From IMG/VR virus record IMGVR_UViG_3300046171_000173, positions 1 through 64,000 of that record: 64,000 nt of DNA, one strand, 5' to 3'. The stretch is from a virus. Below, one piece after another: positions 18,453-28,204 of the stretch. Numbering within the stretch: position 1 is the first letter of the stretch; each line of letters opens with the position of its first letter. The position numbers and the translations under genes were made by a program. The notes under the pieces were generated by a model. That model worked only from the letters and a program-made list of their open reading frames with translations. It was not told the origin of the DNA and did no database searches.

Positions 18453-20648
18453 TTAAGCAACCATCTCAATAAACTTACTCAGAATCTTTTTATTCATCTT
18501 CTTATTCTTAAGACTTTTCTTAAATGCACTTCTGATCTGAGACTTAGTTGCATCTTCTTGAACCTCGAACTCAGACTCATTTCCAAGTGCCGATGCAGAT
18601 ATTCCAAGATATACTCTGTAACCCACATCTTCCATGATAAGAGTCCTAGTTCTTTTCCATGATTCTAGAAGTTTCTCAACTTTAGGATCGTTGTAATCAT
18701 CACTATTCTGTTGAATAAAGTACTTAGCATCTCTACCTTCCATAACTCGAATACCAACAAAATTTACATTTGGCAATTCATCTGAAATGTTACGAAGTAA
18801 CATCTTAGTGTAATCATGATACTGATATCCACAGTTATATGTCTTACCAGTTTTACGATTACGAAGAACACATCCGTCATTGAAACTACCTTTACCAAAG
18901 TAAGATTCACCCATAAGAGATCTATGAATTGTTCTATGATATTCAAGTTGATATCCTTCACCGTCAGTTAGAATTACACAGTTTACTTTCTCGACTTTAT
19001 TGTTTGCCTTGAACTGAGGAATAAGTTTATGTAAAGCCACGATTGTTTCATTCAATGGTGTTCCAGATAATGACATTCCGTAAGGTGTCACATCTCTACC
19101 ATGATAGTTTCTCATTGAATTTACAATACGAAATACATTGTATAGTTGATCATTGAGTTCTCTTGCACGAACTTTACTTGAGAAAAGATTCATCAAAGAA
19201 AACTTACTATCAATATGTACCATATTATCTTTTGCATCATATAACTCAGGAAAATTATTGAACTCGTCAGTATTTGGAAAACATGTAGTGAAGGCATAAA
19301 CTTCAAATGGGATTTGAACTTTCTTACAGAACCAAATTAGATTGTATAACTGCTTGATAGTGTCCATCATTACATTTGCCATTGAACCAGACCAATCAAG
19401 TATGAATACGAGGCCATGATTCTTACCTTCTGGAATCACAGATACCTTTTTGAATAAGTCTTCGTTGTACTTATAAGTATGTAACTTAGTTGTATCAAGA
19501 ATACCAGTACGACTTACGGTAGCACGAGCATATGCAGATGCAGACTTCTTACACTCAAACTCTTTGACAAGATAGTTGACTTCCTTTTGTGCAGACTTCT
19601 TGAACTTATTATAATCCTCTTCTGTGTCCTTTAAAAATTTGTCAAGAGAACTATCATATAAAGATCCTCTAAACATAGGGTCATATGAATTAAATCTATC
19701 AGATTCTTTTTTTAGTTGTTCAGCAACATCAATCATCTTTTCTGCACAAAGTTCATGTATCTTTTTGTTTGAGATAATAACTTTGTCAATATCAAGATCA
19801 GGCAACTCAAGATATACATTCTCTCTGCTACCTTCGTTTGTAAGATTCTTAAGTGACTCTTCAAGACTCTCAACTGTCTCTGCAGATACTTCTTCAACAC
19901 CAGTATGTCCACCTACATGATTATCAACTTTGATCTCAGTCTCTTCCTGTATTTCACCATCGTCATCTGCATCCTCATCAGATTCATCTGATTGATTCAT
20001 TGGTATTTCCATACCTTCACCATCTTCATCACCATCACCATTCATTTCAATATCAAAATCCATATCAAGATCTTCTACCTTCTCCTGATCCTTTCTCTTC
20101 TCTTCTGAAAGACAGTAATCATATAATGCTTTAGCAGCCTTAAGTGCATCTTCAAATGTTTCACATAAATCAATCTTGTTTACAAAGAACATCTCATCAG
20201 AACTAAATGGAATATCATAGTAAGTACCAATCTTATAGTGTAGATTCACACGGTCAGCAAGCATCATCTCAGATATGTTTTTCTTCTTGACTTGAAAGAA
20301 ATCATCATTGTGCAACTCAGTGTATCCTTTATAGAATGTCTTTGAGATACCATCATATCTTCTCTTCATCAACTTCTCAATACGAGCATCTTCAACTATG
20401 TTTACAAAACTTGGATGTACATCATATTCTTTCCACCACTCTTCATCGGGTGTATATAATGCATGACCAACCTCATGACTTACAAGCATATCAATCACAT
20501 TCTCAGATGCCTTATCCCAAAGTGGTAGAGTCAATACTCTTGTCTGTACATTGAATTGTGCAGTCTCTACTTTCTTATGCTCAACAACCAAGTCTTCTGT
20601 AGCAAGTAGTCTAGCAAGTTGTGATTTGATTTCGTGTCTGATGGTCAT
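18453..20648 (-). CDS. CobT-like protein: HExxH metallopeptidase domain, acidic linker, VWA domain
   Basis: SHEVGHALYT, NIVEDARIE, MIDAS motif DWSGS, GTPL, LTDGE; partner of the adjacent AAA+ ATPase. Confidence 0.85.
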   Translation of the reverse strand: MTIRHEIKSQLARLLATEDLVVEHKKVETAQFNVQTRVLTLPLWDKASENVIDMLVSHEVGHALYTPDEEWWKEYDVHPSFVNIVEDARIEKLMKRRYDGISKTFYKGYTELHNDDFFQVKKKNISEMMLADRVNLHYKIGTYYDIPFSSDEMFFVNKIDLCETFEDALKAAKALYDYCLSEEKRKDQEKVEDLDMDFDIEMNGDGDEDGEGMEIPMNQSDESDEDADDDGEIQEETEIKVDNHVGGHTGVEEVSAETVESLEESLKNLTNEGSRENVYLELPDLDIDKVIISNKKIHELCAEKMIDVAEQLKKESDRFNSYDPMFRGSLYDSSLDKFLKDTEEDYNKFKKSAQKEVNYLVKEFECKKSASAYARATVSRTGILDTTKLHTYKYNEDLFKKVSVIPEGKNHGLVFILDWSGSMANVMMDTIKQLYNLIWFCKKVQIPFEVYAFTTCFPNTDEFNNFPELYDAKDNMVHIDSKFSLMNLFSSKVRARELNDQLYNVFRIVNSMRNYHGRDVTPYGMSLSGTPLNETIVALHKLIPQFKANNKVEKVNCVILTDGEGYQLEYHRTIHRSLMGESYFGKGSFNDGCVLRNRKTGKTYNCGYQYHDYTKMLLRNISDELPNVNFVGIRVMEGRDAKYFIQQNSDDYNDPKVEKLLESWKRTRTLIMEDVGYRVYLGISASALGNESEFEVQEDATKSQIRSAFKKSLKNKKMNKKILSKFIEMVA

Positions 20649-20731
20649 GGGGTTTCTTATCTGATATACCTATAATAACAACAAAACCGCCCCCTGAGAC
20701 GGTTAAGTGGACACTTTGTCAACTGTCTATA
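20649..20731 (-). promoter_or_regulatory. Second copy of the palindromic early-type promoter element
   Basis: AGTGGACACT-TTGTCA-ACTGTCTATA (20706-20731), TG-T-TATTAT ~28 nt downstream, leader AAGAAACCCC. Confidence 0.65.
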
Positions 20732-20733
20732 TG

Positions 20734-21036
20734 TTAATCCCTTTGCCTCCAATCGTCTGATCGTTTATCATTTCGGAACCAATCTGCTATATCATCAGCT
20801 CCACCGAAACCCTTTTTATGTTTCCTTGGATCCGAGTCTCCTATATCCAAGTACTTAAGAAAAGTTGAGTCATCATCCGTTTTTAATCTTCTTGCCGAAC
20901 TTAACATTCCTCTTGCTGATGTGTTTGCCTTTGATAATTTCTCTGCCCATATCATATCTTCCAAGTTTACTTCTTGTCCTGCTGCGATTGCTTTGCAGAT
21001 TCCTTCTAGTCTTAAACGGTATTGAGTGGATAGCAT
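20734..21036 (-). CDS. Conserved cyanophage hypothetical
   Basis: MLSTQYRLRLE...DWRQRD, 100 aa. Confidence 0.65.
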   Translation of the reverse strand: MLSTQYRLRLEGICKAIAAGQEVNLEDMIWAEKLSKANTSARGMLSSARRLKTDDDSTFLKYLDIGDSDPRKHKKGFGGADDIADWFRNDKRSDDWRQRD

Positions 21037-21044
21037 AGATCAGT

Positions 21045-21755
21045 TTATATGTCCAAAATATTTATTGTTGGTCTCCAACCAAGTTCTTTTAATTTCGTGA
21101 TATCCGCACATGTAGTGTCTCTTTCACCCGGAGTTTCCTCTTTTATGGGTAAATATCCCATACCCATCTTAGTTGCAAGATCAATAACTGCTACAGGATT
21201 AGCAGTTCCTACATCTAGTACTCCAGTATAATCATTTTCTGCAAGAAGTGCAATTGCAGATACAATATCCTTGACATGTATCCAATCTCTCTTATGTCTT
21301 GTGAGATATGTAGCAGTCTTGTCCTCTAGCATCCGATATAACATATCTGGACGACTTACCTTTTCTGCATACACATTAAAGAATCTCATGCCTACACTAT
21401 TTGGTGGTGCTTGGATTTCATTTACTTTCTTTGTAATACCATATGCATTGATCCACCATTCATATACAGATGCAGAACTTGCATATAAACATCTTACATT
21501 ATTCTTCCTACAATACTCAAATATAGGAATTGATTTGGTAACATTGTTTTCCCAAAATGCGTCAGGATTTTCAATGGCCTCACGAATTGCAGCATTCGCT
21601 GCAAGGTGTACCACCAAATCATATTTCTTATCTGTTTTAAAATCACCAAGATCATGTGGAATATCATAACCATCAACCTGATGTCCTTGTTGTATAAAAT
21701 ATTCATACACATGACTTCCAATAAAACCAAGATGTCCAGTAACTAAGATCTTCAT
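21045..21755 (-). CDS. NAD-dependent nucleotide-sugar epimerase/dehydratase
   Basis: TGHLGFIGS Rossmann motif, HLAA, YASS, YGITK (YxxxK), RFFNVY, RDWIHV. Confidence 0.9.
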   Translation of the reverse strand: MKILVTGHLGFIGSHVYEYFIQQGHQVDGYDIPHDLGDFKTDKKYDLVVHLAANAAIREAIENPDAFWENNVTKSIPIFEYCRKNNVRCLYASSASVYEWWINAYGITKKVNEIQAPPNSVGMRFFNVYAEKVSRPDMLYRMLEDKTATYLTRHKRDWIHVKDIVSAIALLAENDYTGVLDVGTANPVAVIDLATKMGMGYLPIKEETPGERDTTCADITKLKELGWRPTINILDI

Positions 21756-23464
21756 GTAATCCTCCGACTAAATCCACGAACTTTATCAAACTTCATAAGA
21801 TTATCAAACTTATCATGTAAGTCTGACTTATGAGATATAACAAATATATTAGCATCTTTAATGATGAATCGAATAATCTTCATAAATTCATCAACACCAA
21901 ATCCATCAAGAGAACTATCAAATACCTCATCCATAATTAATAGATTAGTATTTACAGAGTTCTTAACTCTTGCTACCTCTCTCCATGTAAATAAAAGTGC
22001 TAAGTCAATTCTCATCTTCTCACCTTCACTAAATGAAGCATAAGAAAAATCTTCATGTATTGGTGACTCTACCGTTTCATTAAACTCTTCGTCCAACTTA
22101 AAGTTGATATAGAAATCCATCATCTGCAGATAACGATTAACCTGCTGATTGATAAGCGGTAGATATTTTCGTATTATCTTAGTCTTGACTCCATCATCTT
22201 TAAGTAAGGAATATGCAAAGTCGTGATGAACTATATCCTGATTTCTTTCAGAAAGTTTTTCATCAGTTGTCTTGAGACTAGTCTTAAACTCTTCTAACTT
22301 CTCATGCTCAGTATTTCTGTTTTTAAACTGCTCGGTAATCGTTTGAATTTCTGATTCAAGTTCTCTAATCTGTTTTTGGTTGATAGAGATGTGAGTATTG
22401 TTTTTAGAAATGCCATTATTGAGTTTAGAAATCTCCTTTGTTAGTTTGACAAACTGACGCTCTTTTTCTTTTTCTTCTTCGATTGTTTTCTCTAAGTCTT
22501 CAAAACCTTTCTTAAGTTTCTTAGCCTCAGATTGAGCATCTTCAATCTTATTTAAGCGAAAGTCTTCTTCTATATGCTGTGTACAGGTAGGACAAACCGT
22601 ATTCTCTTTGAAAAACTTATGTTCTTTGGTAATGGTAGATACCTTATTTGATATCTGTCCTTTAAAATTGTTCAGTTTGGACAGTTTCTTGTCAGCACCT
22701 ACAAACTTTTCTTGACTCTTAGTAAGATCAGTAACTTGATTTTCTAAGTCACTATTGACCAAAACATAATTATCTGATTCAGATATTAAAGTGTCTATCT
22801 TCCTTTTATTTGAGTTGATGCTGTTTTTACTTTGATTTTCAAGTTCTTTAATAAACTTATCTTGCATTTTAATTTTATCATCTAAGTTCTCTTTCTTTAA
22901 ACTTAATGATCTAACCTGTTCTTTTTGTATTCTTAGTTTATCTTTCAGTAAATTATTCATAAAAGAAAAGATACGAATATCAAGCAGATCTTCAATGACA
23001 TCACGACGAACTGAACTTGACAGTTGCATAAAAGGCACAAAGGTACTACTTCCGAGTATGACTATCTGTGTAAATGATCTATAATTTACTTTGAGTATAT
23101 TATCTTCTAATATTTTTTGATTTGATCGATCGTCAGCCTGTCGATGTAAAGGTTCTCCATTGACTTCAATATCAAATATATTTGGTTTGATGCCTCTTCG
23201 GACTACATATTCTCTTGCGTTTACATCAAACTCTAGTTCAACTAAGCAATCTCTTTCATTGACTGTGTTAAGTAATTGTAATTTATTAATCTTACGAAAT
23301 GGTTTGTTGAATAAAACAAAGGTCAGTGCATCTAACAAAGTGCTCTTTCCTGAACCATTGTGACCAATTATTAAGTTTGTATTCTTTTCAAGGAAGTCAA
23401 TCTCTGTCCAGTGGTCTCCTGTTGACAGAAAGTTCTTCCATTTAATCTTCTTGAACTTTATCAT
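21752..23464 (-). CDS. g46: Recombination nuclease ATPase subunit gp46
   Basis: GHNGSGKST, CPTC zinc hook, FSEGEK signature, MDEVFD. Confidence 0.96.
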   Translation of the reverse strand: MIKFKKIKWKNFLSTGDHWTEIDFLEKNTNLIIGHNGSGKSTLLDALTFVLFNKPFRKINKLQLLNTVNERDCLVELEFDVNAREYVVRRGIKPNIFDIEVNGEPLHRQADDRSNQKILEDNILKVNYRSFTQIVILGSSTFVPFMQLSSSVRRDVIEDLLDIRIFSFMNNLLKDKLRIQKEQVRSLSLKKENLDDKIKMQDKFIKELENQSKNSINSNKRKIDTLISESDNYVLVNSDLENQVTDLTKSQEKFVGADKKLSKLNNFKGQISNKVSTITKEHKFFKENTVCPTCTQHIEEDFRLNKIEDAQSEAKKLKKGFEDLEKTIEEEKEKERQFVKLTKEISKLNNGISKNNTHISINQKQIRELESEIQTITEQFKNRNTEHEKLEEFKTSLKTTDEKLSERNQDIVHHDFAYSLLKDDGVKTKIIRKYLPLINQQVNRYLQMMDFYINFKLDEEFNETVESPIHEDFSYASFSEGEKMRIDLALLFTWREVARVKNSVNTNLLIMDEVFDSSLDGFGVDEFMKIIRFIIKDANIFVISHKSDLHDKFDNLMKFDKVRGFSRRIT

Positions 23465-23726
23465 TATTAGTTGGAATCACAAGGTCATCGGGTGTGATGA
23501 CAGCATACTTATAATTATACATGCTACAGGTCTTTATGGCAAGGTCATCATCAACTTCGATGATATCCATTTTACGATCTGCATCAATTTCTAAATCTTG
23601 TAGCATCAATTTATATCTTTCAGCATCATCCTCTTCTTCAAATAGAAAGAGAACTTTATCACCATTCGAGTCTTGAACAGCAAAAGCACCATCATCTCTA
23701 CGGTGTTTGAGTGAAAGAAGGAACAT
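23442..23726 (-). CDS. Conserved hypothetical between g47 and g46
   Basis: FEEEDDAERY...YAVITPDDLVIP. Confidence 0.65.
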   Translation of the reverse strand: MFLLSLKHRRDDGAFAVQDSNGDKVLFLFEEEDDAERYKLMLQDLEIDADRKMDIIEVDDDLAIKTCSMYNYKYAVITPDDLVIPTNNDKVQED

Positions 23727-24760
23727 TATTCTACCTCGCAGGCTTGTCTGTACAGATCACGAAAAATGTTTTTTACAATTCCTTTGTCAAACTCAATCTC
23801 AGATTCATCAATATAACGGTTTAAAATTGAAATTGTATTTTCATCTTCTTCAATATCGAAGTCTTGATTTTCAATAATTGCAAAGTTTTCAACAATTTTT
23901 AAATCATGAACTCCTGAACGATATAACTTATCGATAAATTTTTGGAATTCTTTTGGATCTGATTTCTTACGAACAATAACTTTTACAATTTTATTTTGAT
24001 ATTCAGTTGTATTAAACAACTTATGATTAGTATCTTCATAATATACATTATAAAACAATTTATAAGGATTGTTAATTGGAGTATGTTCTAAAGTATCAGT
24101 ATCAAACAATGTAAACCCTCTAGGATCATTTACATCATTCCAAAACATCTCATATGGATTACCTAGATAATGTATTTTACCGTCACTCGAACGAGTATGA
24201 AAGTGTCCTGAAAATACATCGTCAAACTTATCAAAGACCTTAACATCCATACCATCTTCCATCATATGACCGCGAGTTGCCTTAAATCCATTTAACTCAA
24301 GATGTCCCATTGCAATCTTAGATTTGGAATTTTGAATTGCTTCAAGACTTTCATCATGATTATCAACACTTATCCAAGGTAAAAGAAGAATATTTAATCC
24401 ATCAATATTAATATCAGTTGCCTTTGAATATGTTGTTATGTTATCATAATCAGTTAATAATAACTCAGGTGAATTTATTTCGTTTGTATTTTTGTAGTAA
24501 CAGTCATGGTTTCCAGTGATTGCATGAACCTTATATTTCTTCATTGGTTCAAATACAACTCTCTTGGCCCACTCTAGACTATAGTAATCAATCGACTTTC
24601 GACTATCAAATACATCACCCATATGGATAATAGTATCAATTCCTTCTGCTTCCAACGAGGGGAAAAATACATTCTTGTAAAATAATTCAAAATAGTCATG
24701 TAAAAGTTTTGATCCCTTACGAGCACCGTAATGAGTATCTGTTATAATAGCAACTCTCAT
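23726..24760 (-). CDS. g47: Recombination nuclease subunit gp47
   Basis: DTHYG, GDVFD, GNHD, GHFH phosphoesterase motifs. Confidence 0.96.
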   Translation of the reverse strand: MRVAIITDTHYGARKGSKLLHDYFELFYKNVFFPSLEAEGIDTIIHMGDVFDSRKSIDYYSLEWAKRVVFEPMKKYKVHAITGNHDCYYKNTNEINSPELLLTDYDNITTYSKATDINIDGLNILLLPWISVDNHDESLEAIQNSKSKIAMGHLELNGFKATRGHMMEDGMDVKVFDKFDDVFSGHFHTRSSDGKIHYLGNPYEMFWNDVNDPRGFTLFDTDTLEHTPINNPYKLFYNVYYEDTNHKLFNTTEYQNKIVKVIVRKKSDPKEFQKFIDKLYRSGVHDLKIVENFAIIENQDFDIEEDENTISILNRYIDESEIEFDKGIVKNIFRDLYRQACEVE

Positions 24761-25233
24761 CTATTTTTCTTCTGTGCAATATTGTCCTTAATTGTATTAT
24801 ACTCAGACATTGCTCCTGTCAATGCTCCATCTTCAACTGTCATGACTTCATCAAATCCAGTCTTTTCAATAATCTTATTCTTAATATCTAATTGCTTCTT
24901 CTCCTTCTGTATGCGTCTTAGAAAGGCATAATGAATAATCTGTGTAAAGTATGCAAAAGGATTGCGAGACTTCTCTGGATCGAAATTATGAATGTATTGT
25001 ACACAGTTCTCAATACCATCAGATATCATATCATCACGAAACATGTAGTTTACAAAGTTTGGTTTATATGACAGGTGTGTTGCGATCTTTAGAAAACAGG
25101 ATCCAAGGTAATTGGTAATTCTAGGCTTCGGTAGATCTTTCTCTTTTGCAATAGCAACTTTCTCTCGATAGACTATCAATGCCTCTAAGAGTTCTTTGTT
25201 ATTTACATAGTGTTCAGACTTCTTTCTAGGCAT
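24757..25233 (-). CDS. g55: Late sigma factor gp55
   Basis: HYVNNKE, NFVNY, DMISDGIENC, NPFAYFTQI. Confidence 0.96.
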   Translation of the reverse strand: MPRKKSEHYVNNKELLEALIVYREKVAIAKEKDLPKPRITNYLGSCFLKIATHLSYKPNFVNYMFRDDMISDGIENCVQYIHNFDPEKSRNPFAYFTQIIHYAFLRRIQKEKKQLDIKNKIIEKTGFDEVMTVEDGALTGAMSEYNTIKDNIAQKKNR

Positions 25234-25261
25234 GACATCTTAATTGTCTTAACTATATTCT

Positions 25262-25382
25262 ATTATAGCATATTTATTTTGATTGACAAGTTTAGTGACA
25301 AGATGACAATTATTTCAGTTTTATGAGGTGACAAGGTGACAAACTTAACATACTTGACAAGACCTTCAAATACATGTACAAT
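25262..25382. repeat. TGACAA repeat cluster flanked by divergent sigma70-type promoters
   Basis: TGACAA at 25284, 25296, 25304, 25329, 25337, 25355. Minus strand: TTGTCA-N16-TATAAT toward g55. Plus strand: TTGACA-N17-TACAAT (25354-25382). Confidence 0.7.
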
Positions 25383-25407
25383 AACCTTTGTGAGGTTTGA
25401 AGGGTAA

Positions 25408-25842
25408 TTAAGACTCTTTTGAATCAGATTTAAAGAGCTCTTCAAGAGATTCTCTTTTCTTCTCTACACTAGATATATAACCTAATTTGGGGTCTCCTGA
25501 TAATTTAATTTTACCTTTTTTAGATCTTGATTCTATAACAGCATCATCTTCTTCGTCTTTCTCATCAATATATTGCTTATAAATTTTAATAAGTTTTTGA
25601 TCATGACACTCGATCATTGTAATTACTTTATCCATTTTGAGAACAAACATATCTTCATCACTATGTTCCATCCAAGGAGTTACCTTAATATAGTTTAAGT
25701 GATTCATTTGACTTAGTGTCTTCATTTTAATAGGATTATGTAAAATCAAAATAGGCTCATCATCACTCTCGTCTACACAAACGAGAGCAAATATCTCTTC
25801 TCCTGAGACTAGTTTGAGAATGCTGTAAAATTCGTCACCCAT
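25408..25842 (-). CDS. Conserved hypothetical downstream of uvsW (Sm-like fold family)
   Basis: LKLVSGEEIFA...NP...PWM; start taken at ATG 25842. Confidence 0.7.
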   Translation of the reverse strand: MGDEFYSILKLVSGEEIFALVCVDESDDEPILILHNPIKMKTLSQMNHLNYIKVTPWMEHSDEDMFVLKMDKVITMIECHDQKLIKIYKQYIDEKDEEDDAVIESRSKKGKIKLSGDPKLGYISSVEKKRESLEELFKSDSKES

Positions 25843-25843
25843 A

Positions 25844-27304
25844 TTACTTAAATGAAATGTTGATGAGATCATAATTAAATTTCTCATAGTTATAGATCTT
25901 TAGTCTTTCTATGAGATGATTGAGTGTGTAATTGCGTCTTGTCTTGTAAGTAGTGTCATCTGCAATATCATATAAAGTTGCTTTTGTTTTGTTATTCCCT
26001 TTCCGAAGAACACGACCTATAGATTGTAGATTCCTAATTCTTGATTTAGAGGGAGAAGCGAAAATGATATTATGAAGGTTTTTAATGTTAATTCCTGTAG
26101 AGAAAGTTCCATATGATGCAACTATTATAGCATTGTTTTGAAGTTCAGTAATTTCCCGAACCTTCTCTCGATCCTCGGCATCCACACCACCATGAACAAA
26201 AAAAGTTTGACGCTGTTCAAGTACATTACTATTTATGAGGTCAAATAAAACCCTTCCGTGACCTTCAACTCTTGAAAAGAGTATAAGTGTATTACCTTTA
26301 AGATCAAGTGCAAGATTTCTTATAAAATTATTTCTTTTTTCACTATTAATTATAAACTGTATTTCATCTTCAAATGTTTCAAACTTTTGTGGTGGATGCT
26401 TAAGTAACAAAATGTTAATGTCAAGTTTTGCAACATGACCTTTGGTCATGAGGTCTTTCGTCCCTATAATCTTGTATGAGGGCCCGAATAAACCCTCTAG
26501 AACCCACTTGTGAGTCTGCGTACCATCCAATGTGCCAGTAAATCCAAACCGATACTTTGCATGGTCAAGTTTTGTCATTATAGATATTAATGACTTTGAT
26601 TTAAATTGGTGCGCCTCATCCCCAACAACAACAGAGAATCGCTCAAAATACTTTCTGGGGAGTTTGTAGATTGATTGCCAAGTAGTAATAATGACTTGAG
26701 AGTCTGTCTCTCTTTCTTTTCCTGCGTAAATTTTATGACAAAATGAACCTACATCCCAACCATAGTCTGCAAAATCTTTATACATCTGTTCTACTAACGA
26801 AGTCGTCGGAACGACTATCAGAGTATTTTCACCTCGCTCAACATAATATCTCACAATCGAGTATATCATCAGAGACTTACCTGAAGCAGTTGGGGATATC
26901 AACAACTTTCTATTATGTCTTAAAGCGTCGTATACTCCCTCAATTTGATAATCACGGGGAGCATACTTACTAATTGATGTTATATAATCTTTGACACCCT
27001 CATATGAGATGTGCTCATTGACTTCAAATGGTGTGCCATAATATTCGTTGTCTACAAATGAATAACTATATTCGTGATCTTTACAAAATTTCTGTATCTT
27101 ATCTAAAAGTCCAACATATATCTGCCCATTATTTACATTAAAGAGTCGAATCTTTCCATCCCAGTATCTTTTGCGATACTGTGGCATAAACTTAGCCCCC
27201 GGTAGTTCAAATGTAAACTGGTCTGACAGTTCATAGAACACATGAGGATCTGAGTCTATCTGAAGATAAACTTCATTCTTCTTCAATATTGTCAAATGAG
27301 ACAT
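25844..27304 (-). CDS. uvsW: RNA-DNA/DNA helicase UvsW
   Basis: WDGKIRLF, PTASGKS, DEAH, TGT, QSIGRVLR. Confidence 0.96.
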   Translation of the reverse strand: MSHLTILKKNEVYLQIDSDPHVFYELSDQFTFELPGAKFMPQYRKRYWDGKIRLFNVNNGQIYVGLLDKIQKFCKDHEYSYSFVDNEYYGTPFEVNEHISYEGVKDYITSISKYAPRDYQIEGVYDALRHNRKLLISPTASGKSLMIYSIVRYYVERGENTLIVVPTTSLVEQMYKDFADYGWDVGSFCHKIYAGKERETDSQVIITTWQSIYKLPRKYFERFSVVVGDEAHQFKSKSLISIMTKLDHAKYRFGFTGTLDGTQTHKWVLEGLFGPSYKIIGTKDLMTKGHVAKLDINILLLKHPPQKFETFEDEIQFIINSEKRNNFIRNLALDLKGNTLILFSRVEGHGRVLFDLINSNVLEQRQTFFVHGGVDAEDREKVREITELQNNAIIVASYGTFSTGINIKNLHNIIFASPSKSRIRNLQSIGRVLRKGNNKTKATLYDIADDTTYKTRRNYTLNHLIERLKIYNYEKFNYDLINISFK

Positions 27305-27305
27305 G

Positions 27306-27333
27306 ACTATAGGAATCACCTATAGTTATTTAT
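27306..27333 (-). promoter_or_regulatory. Late promoter plus RBS-sequestering hairpin for uvsW
   Basis: ATAAATA (27333-27327) immediately followed by ACTATAGG-TGATT-CCTATAGT-C-ATG. Confidence 0.65.
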
Positions 27334-27776
27334 TACTCCTTTCTCTGAGTGAAATTGATACCTTCCATATGATCAAACTCATGTAAAAAGACTCTTGCAG
27401 GAAATCCATCTAATTTTACTTTATGATCAACTTTATTTTCATCTTCATACTTTACAACAATTTTTTCTGGCCTTAAAATATTAAAAGATTCGTCAGGAAA
27501 AGATAAACATCCCTCTTCACACCAAACCTTTTTATCATATGTCTTGACGATTCTTGGGTTAAAACATGTGATTGTTTCTTCTGTTTCCATATCGATCATC
27601 ATTATAAACACTCTTTCATTGATACCAATCTGATTCGCGGACAAACCAACCCCTTCATGATGAATCATATTTTCACGAAGTATTTTACTCATCTCCACAC
27701 GATCTAAGTCGTAACTACATTTTGTTACCTTTTCATGTAGTATCGGATGAGTATTGGGTGTTAGTTGTAATATCAT
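27333..27776 (-). CDS. def: Peptide deformylase
   Basis: GVGLSANQ, EEGCLS, HEFDH motifs; start taken at ATG 27776. Confidence 0.93.
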   Translation of the reverse strand: MILQLTPNTHPILHEKVTKCSYDLDRVEMSKILRENMIHHEGVGLSANQIGINERVFIMMIDMETEETITCFNPRIVKTYDKKVWCEEGCLSFPDESFNILRPEKIVVKYEDENKVDHKVKLDGFPARVFLHEFDHMEGINFTQRKE

Positions 27777-28204
27777 TAGAATCCTGATTGAAATCTCTGC
27801 CACTCGATGGCATTTTTGATCTGATATGTGCGACCTGATATATTTCTGATTATCTCCTCAAGAAATTTGAGTGTGACATCATAATACCTTATCTTCATAT
27901 CAACCTGACTCATTTTCTCATCTGCATCCAAATATCTTTGAATTGCATCTTTTTCTCTAACCTTAAAACTAAAAGGTTCTTCAACATAAACCTCTGCAGG
28001 TGCTTTGCCAGTATAGTAATTATGCCTATCAAGTTTGACTTTACTATATTGTTCTCTTGCTTTTTCACGCAGTAGTGTAATTGTATTGTAGATTGTATAA
28101 TACTTTGCGTGTAATTGAGGTATTTTTAATGACTCATCATGTAGGTTATCAGGGTCAATGACAGCATCACGCTCCCACATTTCCTGAATTTTGTCAAGGT
28201 TCAT
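27776..28204 (-). CDS. uvsY: Recombination mediator UvsY
   Basis: SLKIPQLHAKY, YYTGK, YLDAD, IKNAIEWQRF; synteny with g3 and uvsW. Confidence 0.9.
   Translation of the reverse strand: MNLDKIQEMWERDAVIDPDNLHDESLKIPQLHAKYYTIYNTITLLREKAREQYSKVKLDRHNYYTGKAPAEVYVEEPFSFKVREKDAIQRYLDADEKMSQVDMKIRYYDVTLKFLEEIIRNISGRTYQIKNAIEWQRFQSGF

Noticed and set aside
17221-20648. cobS/cobT as cobalamin-biosynthesis AMGs
   Set aside because: No cobN in the window, and the partner has a peptidase plus VWA architecture typical of MoxR-type chaperone modules. The name is retained only by convention.
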